Shown: piece after piece, positions 8,500 through 17,047 of the stretch | Layout: each line of letters starts with the position of its first letter | Position numbering within the stretch: position 1 is the first letter of the stretch | DNA from: an uncultured virus (IMG/VR IMGVR_UViG_3300023117_001979) | Taxonomy: Duplodnaviria; Heunggongvirae; Uroviricota; Caudoviricetes | Direction: 5' to 3' (one strand) | Length of the DNA: 20,000 bases | Virus record (IMG/VR): IMGVR_UViG_3300023117_001979 | Made by a program: the position numbers and the translations under genes | The notes under the pieces: model-generated | What the model was told of the DNA's origin: nothing | The model's input: only the letters and a program-made list of their open reading frames with translations | Databases searched by the model: none

Positions 8500-10269
8500 G
8501 TGGAAGAATTTGATATTTTTCTTAACTACCCTAACTTGTTTCAGAGCAATGTGAGGCCTAGCAACTGTGTTATTGGAACTATTCCAGTGACTCGTATGGC
8601 CGCTATGCTTGGACAAGAAAGGAGCGAAAGCGAAATAGTTGCAGCCCCCGTTGAAGAAGATAGTTACTATCTTTCTTGGGGTTCTGCCGCAGATGGACAA
8701 CACCGATGGCAAAACCGTGGCTCAAAAGCCTGTGTAAGAACCTTAGGTCCCATTAAAAGGTTAGAAAATGATAGTTACCAATTTAAGGTATTAACCCAAT
8801 TGGGAATAACTAAGGCAAGTGACTCTGGCTACTATTATGGTAGTCACAATAACAAAAATGCGTTTGGCGATATAGTCTGCCGAGACCGAATTAACCAAAT
8901 ATGGCTTGATTGCGTCCCTGGACTAGAAGATGCTATGAAAGAATTTGTAAGAAATGCTCACACACGAAGAGAGAGACCACCTTTGGCAGGTTCAACTCCG
9001 GGCTCTATTACAATTCATAATAACGGTGAAGATACTTGTAGGGTTGCTATTACTATCACTTCTGAGCAAGCAGCTATTTTGAGTCAAAGGTTGACTCAAG
9101 AATATACTTCGCTAAAAGATGAAAAAATGAGTGAATACACATTAATTACTCATGAAAGGCTAGGAATGAATTCGGGTAAAATCCCTTATCGTTACAACAG
9201 GCCTGAACAATATAGGAATGAATATTTTCGTAGTGAGTCCTATGACCGTATGAACATTAAAACGCTCATAGTGAAACAAGATGGAAAGAAGCGCAAAGCT
9301 GGGCATTCTGAATCGCTCGGTATTATTGGGCTTTCTCACGGCGAAAGAAAACAAAATTTTCCTATTGACCTATACTACAATGAAGAGCAAGAAGTAAGTC
9401 TTGAAGCTGTGTTATCATTTAAGCAGTATTCCATTGTAGTGTCTGTTGACAGAACCGGAAGAACCCAGATTTCGTCTACACGAAACATGGTTTTTCTGCC
9501 ATATGTTAGCGGACTCGTGCTTGTAGCAAAGCCGAAAAAAATAACCCCTGGTGCTACTTTTCAGAGTGAGCTTCTTACTAGAGTCCTTGACCAAACTAAG
9601 AAGCGACAAATCAAGGGTGGATATAGAGGACCTTATCAAGGTCTATCTAAACTAACATACGGAGAAGAGACTTTGTTTCAAGTACGCTTTGCAAGTGGAC
9701 TTAAAGCAATTGCCAGCGGGGAACCAATTAAGAAATTTAAGCTGGATATTCCCCCTCGACTTCCTCTCAGTATGGAAGACTATGTCGAAATCGAAAGGCC
9801 AATGACCAATATCAAACCGATTGAAGTTGGGCATTTGAACCTATACCGTATTTCTGAATCGCCTAGAAAGCTGGTTACAGGAGAAATCCTTAGTGACTTA
9901 CAGCTACCTAGTATGCCTGATTTTATGCTAGCTATTGACACCGACATTCGTATCGAAAGTAACGACGAATATGTTGGTGGTAGCGAGTGCTCAGGCGATT
10001 GTCAACATGAGAATGTCAACATGCCTATTCCTCCTGGCCTTTATGTGGTCAAAAAGAAAGAGCGATGTGTAATTTCTCACGACCCTGGGCGACCAGAGTA
10101 CAATGTTGGATTTGGAAGCATTTGTAATGATGGTATTACGATTCGACGCCTACTATCACAACTAAACATTCACTATGACCAATTTAGAGGGAACATGGTT
10201 GGGGACGGCACAAAGGTTCAGGAAACTGACCTGTCTGTTTCTGCTGGTTCTTTGCTTGGTCGTTTCTAG
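8500..10269 (+). CDS. Large hypothetical protein (589 aa)
   Basis: Longest ORF in the window, motif GTG start; contains HENVNMPIPPGLYVVKKKE. Confidence 0.85.
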   Translation: MEEFDIFLNYPNLFQSNVRPSNCVIGTIPVTRMAAMLGQERSESEIVAAPVEEDSYYLSWGSAADGQHRWQNRGSKACVRTLGPIKRLENDSYQFKVLTQLGITKASDSGYYYGSHNNKNAFGDIVCRDRINQIWLDCVPGLEDAMKEFVRNAHTRRERPPLAGSTPGSITIHNNGEDTCRVAITITSEQAAILSQRLTQEYTSLKDEKMSEYTLITHERLGMNSGKIPYRYNRPEQYRNEYFRSESYDRMNIKTLIVKQDGKKRKAGHSESLGIIGLSHGERKQNFPIDLYYNEEQEVSLEAVLSFKQYSIVVSVDRTGRTQISSTRNMVFLPYVSGLVLVAKPKKITPGATFQSELLTRVLDQTKKRQIKGGYRGPYQGLSKLTYGEETLFQVRFASGLKAIASGEPIKKFKLDIPPRLPLSMEDYVEIERPMTNIKPIEVGHLNLYRISESPRKLVTGEILSDLQLPSMPDFMLAIDTDIRIESNDEYVGGSECSGDCQHENVNMPIPPGLYVVKKKERCVISHDPGRPEYNVGFGSICNDGITIRRLLSQLNIHYDQFRGNMVGDGTKVQETDLSVSAGSLLGRF

Positions 10270-10282
10270 TTGAGATATATAA

Positions 10283-11659
10283 GTGACTGATGAAAATTCA
10301 GAACAAATTGATGCTAACTCCCAGGAGGGAGTAGTATTCGCTAATAGCAAAATGCCTGCTCTAGGATGGCTTGTTAACTATGCTATCTATGACGGCAGCG
10401 TTCCATTGGCTGACTTTGTCAGCGGACTATACCGACATGGTTATTCTATCAATGGTGAAGGCTATCGCGAAAACAACGAGCAAAGCGCGCACTTTAGGAG
10501 TATGGTTCGTTCATTTATTCCTAAGCCCCGACATGGTGGTAGTGCCTTTGCACATGCTGTTCGTTCACTGCAAACGAAAGCACAAAGAGTCGTCTATGAC
10601 GACCCTGAAGGCCCGCTCTCTAACAATAAAGAAAAGATGCGGGTAAAGCCTGGAGACCGATATGGTTACACTGTTCAGTGGACCATTATCACTATCCGTA
10701 AAAATAGAGAATATGCTTTGCAACGAGTCCGTCGTGGCTATGTTGAAGGGCAGTCTCGCCAACAAGTAGCTATGGAAACCCCGTATCGAGTAAGGATTGA
10801 TAGTCAAAATACCAATACTTTTACTCGCAAGTGGTTGACCACTCTACTAAATCATATTTGGGATGGAGAAGCTGCTCCGAATACTAGCGAACTACGCAAT
10901 TCTGTATTCGTCGAGCCTATGGAAGATTCTGCTCTCCCTGAAGACGGTCGCTTTATGCGTCAAGCACAAGAGCGACTTCGAAATGCATATGTTAATGCGT
11001 CAACTTGTATTGACGATGACAGCATTCGAAAAATGGCTAGAGAGTCACTATGTAGGATGGGTGGTATTTTACCACATGCATCTAGTGGTGGCGTTTACTT
11101 TATCCACGACCCTGAAAAGACACGAGAAGGGCTCTTGAACAACTTGAGCACTGTTATTGAATACTTTGCTGAAGTGGCCAATCAACGCAATCGTGATGCT
11201 ATGTGGGTCGAAAGAGCCGTTCCTTGGTGGGAAACCATTAACGAGGAACAGGAAGATGAAGTCCCAATTACTGCTCATTATGAGTCAGGTATGCGTACTC
11301 TTACCTATGGTTCGTCAGCAAAGCAGCTAGACGACATTAGGAAAATGTATATCTCGACCATGCAAAATGCACAGGCTAAGTATTATGGCCTTGTTCACAA
11401 AATGCTACGAGAAGGAGTAATTGATGAAGAATTACTTGCGACAAAGAAAGTTGAAGCCATGAGTGCGCTTAACAAGACCGAAAGGGACCTTGGGAAAGAC
11501 ACTGTTGAGGCTGCGACTGCTCAATATGAAGAAGTTGTCGTAGGACTTACCTCTCGCTTTAACGATATTTGGACGCCTGATGAAAGAGCTTCCGAAGAAG
11601 AGCGAAAGCGAGTTGATGACCGCATTCACAACTTGTTGAGTTTGCGGTTGTCGTCTTGA
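10283..11659 (+). CDS. Possible DUF6744-like protein (458 aa)
   Basis: LGWLVNYAI...P.P....SAFAHAV...GGVYFI pattern recalled from that family of mobile-element proteins; motif GTG start. The ORF is solid, the family assignment tentative. Confidence 0.55.
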   Translation: MTDENSEQIDANSQEGVVFANSKMPALGWLVNYAIYDGSVPLADFVSGLYRHGYSINGEGYRENNEQSAHFRSMVRSFIPKPRHGGSAFAHAVRSLQTKAQRVVYDDPEGPLSNNKEKMRVKPGDRYGYTVQWTIITIRKNREYALQRVRRGYVEGQSRQQVAMETPYRVRIDSQNTNTFTRKWLTTLLNHIWDGEAAPNTSELRNSVFVEPMEDSALPEDGRFMRQAQERLRNAYVNASTCIDDDSIRKMARESLCRMGGILPHASSGGVYFIHDPEKTREGLLNNLSTVIEYFAEVANQRNRDAMWVERAVPWWETINEEQEDEVPITAHYESGMRTLTYGSSAKQLDDIRKMYISTMQNAQAKYYGLVHKMLREGVIDEELLATKKVEAMSALNKTERDLGKDTVEAATAQYEEVVVGLTSRFNDIWTPDERASEEERKRVDDRIHNLLSLRLSS

Positions 11660-11668
11660 GGACTATAA

Positions 11669-12787
11669 GTGTGGATTACACAAAACACAAGATGTAAGGC
11701 TATCAAGAAAGATGGCCTCAGGTGTAAGCTGGTAGCAAAACCAGGAGATGTTCGTTGTGAACATCATGCCTATGAGGTAATGTCGTTCTTACGAAACCCC
11801 TTTCTTGCTATCGGACTTTACACTCAATATTTTCCAAAGAATCACCATCCGGCTTGTGACAGAACGGGCCAAAATGATTGTGATTGTGAAAATAAAACGG
11901 TAGGACAACTACTGTTAGAAAGTTTCAATCGTGCGCTCCAAGCTTCACTTGAAGACACACCGGAGTTTAAGCGAGAATATCGCTCTCGGCATGAATTGAT
12001 AACTCAAATTGTAGGAATGACATATGACGACATGACTGTTGACGATATGTGGCTTCCTCCTGAATCCCATTGGAGGCAATTTCGTTTTCAAATATGGGAC
12101 TCAAGGGCTAATCGTCTTGTATGGATTAAGTGCTTCGATAACTTTCGAAACAACGACCATGGCAAGGGTGCCCTACTACAACGCCTTAGGGAAACAAAAC
12201 CTATCAAGGTGTTTTACATGACTTCTAAGTTTCTCAATCCAAGAAATGTTGGGCCTGACCCTACTTCTAAAATGGGAGTAAAGAAGTTTAAGAAAAAGAA
12301 TCTAATGAGACATTACAACAACAATTTCCTTGGACAGGAGTTGTATTTTGATGTTGATTTCAAAATGGATTCTTTTGATGACTCGGCTCAAATGACAAAA
12401 AGAGTCGTTGACTGGCTGGGTCGTAAATTTGGCGTTACTCCTGAAGACCTTACTATCGTGTTTAGCGGGGGTAAGGGCTTCCATGTAATTTGGTACGGAT
12501 GGGATATTTCTCATGCTGAACCTCACCATCGGCAAACCTATGAAAATATAATTTCAGGTAAAGCTGGTAGGGTTCCATCTGTCTATCTTCAAAGATTACA
12601 CAAGAAGATTAAGACGGAATACATTGAAGAATTAAAATCGGAAGGAATTCTAGTTGACTATGAAGTAACTAGAGACCCAAGAAGAATCATTCGATTACCA
12701 GGAAGCATTCACCACAAAGGAAGGCTATGTAAGATAATTAGCTATGAAGAGCTTGATAACTTCGTGCCTCCTGAGCCAATATGGTGA
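11669..12787 (+). CDS. priS: Archaeo-eukaryotic primase (PriS-like catalytic subunit) with N-terminal CCCH-type Zn finger
   Basis: AEP motif I ELYFDVD, motif II VFSGGKGFHV, motif III and downstream VDYEVTRDPRRIIRLPGSIH. N-terminal RCKAIKKDGLRC...RCEHH. Motif GTG start. Confidence 0.85.
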   Translation: MWITQNTRCKAIKKDGLRCKLVAKPGDVRCEHHAYEVMSFLRNPFLAIGLYTQYFPKNHHPACDRTGQNDCDCENKTVGQLLLESFNRALQASLEDTPEFKREYRSRHELITQIVGMTYDDMTVDDMWLPPESHWRQFRFQIWDSRANRLVWIKCFDNFRNNDHGKGALLQRLRETKPIKVFYMTSKFLNPRNVGPDPTSKMGVKKFKKKNLMRHYNNNFLGQELYFDVDFKMDSFDDSAQMTKRVVDWLGRKFGVTPEDLTIVFSGGKGFHVIWYGWDISHAEPHHRQTYENIISGKAGRVPSVYLQRLHKKIKTEYIEELKSEGILVDYEVTRDPRRIIRLPGSIHHKGRLCKIISYEELDNFVPPEPIW

Positions 12788-12793
12788 GAATAA

Positions 12794-13480
12794 GTGACTG
12801 ATAAAAATTGGCACAAAGTTTCACAGGAAGTAACCTGTGCTCTATGCGACAAGGTCGTAAAGAGAAACGCTAACAATCAAAAATATTGTTCAGTTAAATG
12901 CCAACAAAAGGCCTTTGTAAAGGAATACCAATACCGACTTAAATGCGAAGTTTGTAATGAACATTTTCTATCGCAGCATAGTACGACTCCAACTTGTAGC
13001 AAATTTTGCGGACATGTACTGAATATGACTAACCGGCAGTTATACACCGACGAGGAAATTATTCACCTTGCTTTATTGAACCCTGGATATGGGTTTCGGG
13101 CATTCTGTGAAAAGGTTAAGTGCTCATCAAATAACAACACTCCGTATGAGCTACAAAGAATTCCTTATATTTTTGAACAATGTAAAAAAGAACTAAAGCT
13201 TGATTTACACGCACATTTGAATAACCCTGATTACATGGAAACCATGTACATAGATGAATGGATTGCTAAAGGAAGGCCTCGTGCTGGTACTAAGCATGTT
13301 GGTCAGCAAGGGTCTCGGATGAATCAGCGTAAAATTATGGCTACTTACCGTGAGTACGAAAAAACGAAAAAATATGACGGTAATAACCGCCGTACACACA
13401 GGAAAGTAAAGGTGTTCCCTGAATTTAACTGGGGGAGCATTGAAGAACGCACTCCCTCCTCCGATAACGAAGAGGAGTGA
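12794..13480 (+). CDS. Protein with two tandem treble-clef-like Zn fingers
   Basis: CALC...KYCSVKC and CEVC...TCSKFC; no HNH catalytic motif seen. Motif GTG start. Confidence 0.75.
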   Translation: MTDKNWHKVSQEVTCALCDKVVKRNANNQKYCSVKCQQKAFVKEYQYRLKCEVCNEHFLSQHSTTPTCSKFCGHVLNMTNRQLYTDEEIIHLALLNPGYGFRAFCEKVKCSSNNNTPYELQRIPYIFEQCKKELKLDLHAHLNNPDYMETMYIDEWIAKGRPRAGTKHVGQQGSRMNQRKIMATYREYEKTKKYDGNNRRTHRKVKVFPEFNWGSIEERTPSSDNEEE

Positions 13481-13487
13481 TGTATAA

Positions 13488-14060
13488 GTGAGTTTAGACC
13501 GACTAGACCAAGTTGCTGATAACGGAATCATGAATGAGACCATTCAGCGTTACAGGGAAGAATCAGCGCAGCTCTATGCAGCTATTGACACCCTTAAACA
13601 AATTGGTAAGAGAGAAAATTACATAAAAGCACCTAAGTTTGCTGAAATTATACTTAGGCCTTGGCTAACTGACTGTGGTTATATTAACCTAGAAGATGTT
13701 GTCAAGCGCCTTACAGAGCTTGGTGTTGATGCTAATACTATCTTTGAACACTACGGTCATCAACTGTCGGACGCAAGGCCGGCACAATATGATGAAACTA
13801 CACTTGCAAGAGTGATTCGCAACAGCTATCGAAATTATAGTGGCATGCGAAAACTGAATAAAACTGATTACATAAAGGTAAACCCTGATGGTGACGGAGA
13901 CCTAAGTATCAGTAATGTACTTTCAGAGCTTGCAAGAATAAGGGCTGAGTATGACGCTTGGCATGAAATTAAGACTCTGCTTCGAGTAGGAAAAGTCGAA
14001 ATTTCAGTAATTGAAAATCCTTCACCACCCATGCGTAAAAAACTGGGTTTGGAGGACTAG
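13488..14060 (+). CDS. Hypothetical protein (190 aa)
   Basis: Motif GTG start. Confidence 0.8.
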   Translation: MSLDRLDQVADNGIMNETIQRYREESAQLYAAIDTLKQIGKRENYIKAPKFAEIILRPWLTDCGYINLEDVVKRLTELGVDANTIFEHYGHQLSDARPAQYDETTLARVIRNSYRNYSGMRKLNKTDYIKVNPDGDGDLSISNVLSELARIRAEYDAWHEIKTLLRVGKVEISVIENPSPPMRKKLGLED

Positions 14061-14068
14061 TAAAATAA

Positions 14069-14473
14069 GTGAGCACAATTATTGTGAACATAGAATTAGC
14101 CGAAGGATGGACAGTTTTTACTGACCCCAAAACCGGCTCAACCCACCTAGAATACATTCTAGAAGAGGGTGATAAAGAATGGATTACTGCCAAATTTTCG
14201 ACTCCTGGTCGAGATGACTATGGCACTGAACACCATAACAGCGCTAGTATCATTATCGAAAATGAAGAGCGCGAAGAATCGGTCAAGACTAGAATTTCAG
14301 TCGCTGACCCAAGAGGTGGGTTCTTGATGGAGTCTCGTGTAAACGAAACCGGGCACTATCTGAGCGTACCTACTGCTAAAGACTCTCTTCCCCATGTTGA
14401 TGACATGGAAGAAAGAGGAAGAGGTTTTTACAAGCTTACTTACGCCCCTGCAAAGGGGGAAAGAAATGAGTAA
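14069..14473 (+). CDS. Hypothetical protein (134 aa)
   Basis: Motif GTG start; contains ISVADPRGGF. Confidence 0.75.
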   Translation: MSTIIVNIELAEGWTVFTDPKTGSTHLEYILEEGDKEWITAKFSTPGRDDYGTEHHNSASIIIENEEREESVKTRISVADPRGGFLMESRVNETGHYLSVPTAKDSLPHVDDMEERGRGFYKLTYAPAKGERNE

Positions 14474-14828
14474 GAAAAGAATAACTGCTGACTTTACAAA
14501 CGCACTAACTGGTTCGTTTGAAACTGAAGTTACTTTGTATTCTCAAACCAAGCATGAATGGGGGTTTACTACAATGGCAAAAATCGATACGGGCGCTGAC
14601 CGCTCATCAATTGATTTGCGTCTTGCTAACGCACTAAGACTCCATCAAATCGGTGAAATTACCGTAAGAAATGCTATGGGTAAACAAAAAAGAAGGACTG
14701 TGCTGTTGTCACTGAAAGTTTTCGGCTCAAAGAAAATAGTTGAAGTGACGGTGGCTAACCGTCGAAAGATGACCACTCCCTTCATCATTGGCATGGATTT
14801 AGTCATGGAGGATGAAGATAGTGAGTGA
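14466..14828 (+). CDS. Retropepsin-like aspartic peptidase (RimK/LysX-associated 'ATP-dependent Zn protease' type)
   Basis: AKIDTGADRSSID catalytic motif, VRNAMG..KRRTV, and ANRRKMTTPFIIGMD. Start probably ATG 14466 behind GGGGGA, with ATGAGTAA overlap. Confidence 0.8.
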   Translation: MSKKRITADFTNALTGSFETEVTLYSQTKHEWGFTTMAKIDTGADRSSIDLRLANALRLHQIGEITVRNAMGKQKRRTVLLSLKVFGSKKIVEVTVANRRKMTTPFIIGMDLVMEDEDSE

Positions 14829-15006
14829 ATTCCCTTACGAAGAATCCTATGGACCTGCTTACAACTACGAAGTAGGCTACCTTGAAGGATTGAAGGAGGC
14901 GCATCGTCTCGCATTGAATCAACAGAACACAGTTCTAGCTGATTTTCTCAAGAAGAGAATCGAAGAGCAAAAGAAGTCTGTAAAGGAGGAGATGCCTGAT
15001 GAGTGA
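14821..15006 (+). CDS. Small hypothetical protein
   Basis: Start GTG 14821 or ATG 14812 behind GGAGGA; YEVGYLEGLKEA; overlaps the upstream stop. Confidence 0.6.
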   Translation: MSEFPYEESYGPAYNYEVGYLEGLKEAHRLALNQQNTVLADFLKKRIEEQKKSVKEEMPDE

Positions 15007-15166
15007 CTACTTAATTGAAGGAAGTAGTTCGTCGCAAATAAGCCCTCACAGCTCTTCTTGGAAACTGTATGGTAGGACTGATAACCTACAAGAAGCTCGT
15101 GAAATCGCCGCAAAGGCATTCATGAAAACCAACTACCGCATTATTAGGATTCGAGAGAAGTCCTAA
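14999..15166 (+). CDS. 55-aa hypothetical protein, below the ORF-track cutoff
   Basis: AGGAGGAG SD, ATGAGTGA overlap, fills the gap before the motif at 15174. Translation MSDYLIEGSSSSQISPHSSSWKLYGRTDNLQEAREIAAKAFMKTNYRIIRIREKS. Confidence 0.65.
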   Translation: MSDYLIEGSSSSQISPHSSSWKLYGRTDNLQEAREIAAKAFMKTNYRIIRIREKS

Positions 15167-15177
15167 AGCGAGTATAA

Positions 15178-15777
15178 GTGTCTAGAAACCCTGGCGCAAA
15201 GATTCTTCGTGAAAACGAAGCTGTAACCAAGGCCGCTATGGCCTATGGTGCGGAAAAGGATATTGAGACCACCCAAACCGTCATGGTTCAAGGTTGGGCT
15301 CAAGAAATCCCTGAAGTTAACGGAGTGTTCAACGCTCTTGTTGCTATGCAGAAAGAAGAGCATGGTCGTGCGCAAGCACTACTGGCTGAGTTGGAAGAAA
15401 CGACTGATGGTCGCCGTCGAGGTGAAATCCGTCGTCACTACAACACTATCTCGCGCAACATGGAGCGAAACAACGAAGTTATCAATTCCTTGATGGACAA
15501 GAAAATTGGTAGCGCCGTTAAGAAAAAGAAGGCTGAACAGCCCAAAGAAGTGGCTAAGGAGGAAACTCCTAAGCCTGCTAGGAAAAAGAAGCGTGTCACA
15601 CCAGCTGAGGTGAAGGCTGCTGCTTCTAAGCGAACTAGTGGTGGAGGTCGTTCACGACGAGCCACCCTAGAATCGTTGAGTTTTAAGGAACTTCAACAAT
15701 GGGCCAAGAAGCGCGGTTTTAGCGGTGCTGGTTCACGAGAAGCGATTATCAATCGTATTCTCAACAACGGCGAATAA
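15178..15777 (+). CDS. Coiled-coil/basic protein with C-terminal SAP/HeH nucleic-acid-binding domain
   Basis: LESLSFKELQQWAKKRGFSGAGSREAIINRIL at 15667-15762 fits the SAP/HeH pattern L..L...EL......RGL...G.K..LI.RL. Lys/Arg-rich linker. Motif GTG start. Confidence 0.75.
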   Translation: MSRNPGAKILRENEAVTKAAMAYGAEKDIETTQTVMVQGWAQEIPEVNGVFNALVAMQKEEHGRAQALLAELEETTDGRRRGEIRRHYNTISRNMERNNEVINSLMDKKIGSAVKKKKAEQPKEVAKEETPKPARKKKRVTPAEVKAAASKRTSGGGRSRRATLESLSFKELQQWAKKRGFSGAGSREAIINRILNNGE

Positions 15778-15836
15778 TCGCCTATAAGTGAAACCATGGA
15801 AATAGAAACATGGAAACAAACTTTGGAGGAAGGAGA

Positions 15837-16142
15837 GTGACAAAGCGCATTTGTCCCACTTGCAGTACTCCGGCTTGCCGTGTATGCGGCGGGCGTAAAT
15901 GTAAATGTGACCCCAAAAGTATGGAGATAGCAATTTATTGCAATTGTCCTCCGATTGATTTTTTGGAGTTCATGAGAAAACAGCTCGATTTGCCCCAGTC
16001 TGAGATAGACCGGATTCACGAAGCGAGTAAGAAAAACCTAAAAAAGTGGCTAATGAAGAATGGGCACTTAGACAAAATTTTTGACACTCTTAGAGATGAA
16101 GGGCACTTTAACAAAAAAACAGAACCTGATGAAGAAGAGTGA
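15837..16142 (+). CDS. Cys-rich Zn-finger protein
   Basis: CPTC..PACRVC...CKC...YCNC. Start either ATG 15810 or GTG 15837 (behind GGAGGAAGGAG). Confidence 0.7.
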   Translation: MTKRICPTCSTPACRVCGGRKCKCDPKSMEIAIYCNCPPIDFLEFMRKQLDLPQSEIDRIHEASKKNLKKWLMKNGHLDKIFDTLRDEGHFNKKTEPDEEE

Positions 16143-16149
16143 CTAATAA

Positions 16150-16317
16150 GTGACGGTAACAAAAGGCCGATACATTCACCTTTGGGGACAATACAAAGGT
16201 GGCGAATGGGAATGGATAGACACTGCTGATGAAAGCAACAGTAAATCCTTCTTATATGCAAACTATCGTGATGCTTTTGGCGAGGGCTGGAAATTTTGCT
16301 GGAGGAAAAGTCGATGA
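16150..16317 (+). CDS. 55-aa aromatic-rich hypothetical protein, below the ORF-track cutoff
   Basis: Motif GTG start; translation MTVTKGRYIHLWGQYKGGEWEWIDTADESNSKSFLYANYRDAFGEGWKFCWRKSR; ATGA overlap with the next gene. Confidence 0.75.
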   Translation: MTVTKGRYIHLWGQYKGGEWEWIDTADESNSKSFLYANYRDAFGEGWKFCWRKSR

Positions 16318-16520
16318 AAAAATTCGAAGCGCCTCCTGGATATTTTGAAAGCCTGCCAACTGAAAGACGAATAGCATACTTACAACTGACTGCTAGGCAG
16401 ATTGGGGAAAAGCTCAAAGTAGAGCGTGAGCGCCTCAATTATATTAAAGAAGAAATCAAGAATATTGACAAAAAGCTTGATTCTGCTAATAAAAAGCTAG
16501 CTGGTGAACATGCCGACTAA
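16314..16520 (+). CDS. Small coiled-coil protein
   Basis: ATG 16314 behind GGAGG (16301-16305); heptad-rich C-terminal half. Confidence 0.7.
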   Translation: MKKFEAPPGYFESLPTERRIAYLQLTARQIGEKLKVERERLNYIKEEIKNIDKKLDSANKKLAGEHAD

Positions 16521-16785
16521 GGAATTGACTCGGTTTGAGCAAAGAACAGTTAACTTGCTTTTGAAGCAAGAAGCAGTTAAACGCGGCGAAGCGTTTACTG
16601 CTGGTAAAGCTATAATTTGGATGGAAAATACGCCCAGTAGGGAAAGAGCAACCCGCTGGCCTGCTTCCATTCCAAACAAATATCGCTTAACATACATTCT
16701 GAAGAAATGTGATTGTTTTAAGCGCACTTTCGCTAATAATGGTGTTAGTGAATGGGTTTACTTAGGTGAGACAAATGCCGAATAA
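16510..16785 (+). CDS. Putative winged-helix-like DNA-binding protein
   Basis: ATG behind GGTGA; FTAGKAIIWMENTP...PNKYRLTYILKK...beta wing ending SEWVY. Similar to the next gene. Confidence 0.6.
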   Translation: MPTKELTRFEQRTVNLLLKQEAVKRGEAFTAGKAIIWMENTPSRERATRWPASIPNKYRLTYILKKCDCFKRTFANNGVSEWVYLGETNAE

Positions 16786-17041
16786 ACCTGAAATAGAAAT
16801 ATGGATTGATATTCTTGAAGATAGCCAAATAGAGCGTCCATTTACAGCGCGGAGAGCTTACGATGTAATCGTAAATACTCCAGCTAAGAATGGGCGGAGA
16901 AGAAGAATGGTACCTAAGGGCACTTATCAGCTGTCTAGAAAACTGGCTCTATCGAGCCGAATTAAAGTAGTCGGAACGACTAGGAATCAATCAATTCTAT
17001 CTAACGGAGGGGGCAAAATTGCCCAATATGACTTCGTTTAA
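16775..17041 (+). CDS. Putative winged-helix-like DNA-binding protein, tandem paralog of 16510-16785
   Basis: ATG behind AGGTGA; FTARRAYDVIVNTP...PKGTYQLSRKLAL...AQYDF. Confidence 0.6.
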   Translation: MPNKPEIEIWIDILEDSQIERPFTARRAYDVIVNTPAKNGRRRRMVPKGTYQLSRKLALSSRIKVVGTTRNQSILSNGGGKIAQYDFV

Positions 17042-17047
17042 TAATAA

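Noticed and set aside
12794..13480. HNH homing endonuclease
   Set aside because: It has the N-terminal Zn fingers often seen on HNH proteins but no recognisable HNH catalytic motif.
7033..13502. Identical N-termini MSLDRL in ORFs 7033 and 13488
   Set aside because: Similarity stops after six residues and the codons differ; probably coincidence.
16921..16927. Minus-strand copy of the motif (CACTTAT on +)
   Set aside because: Single intragenic occurrence, within chance expectation and not at a gene junction.
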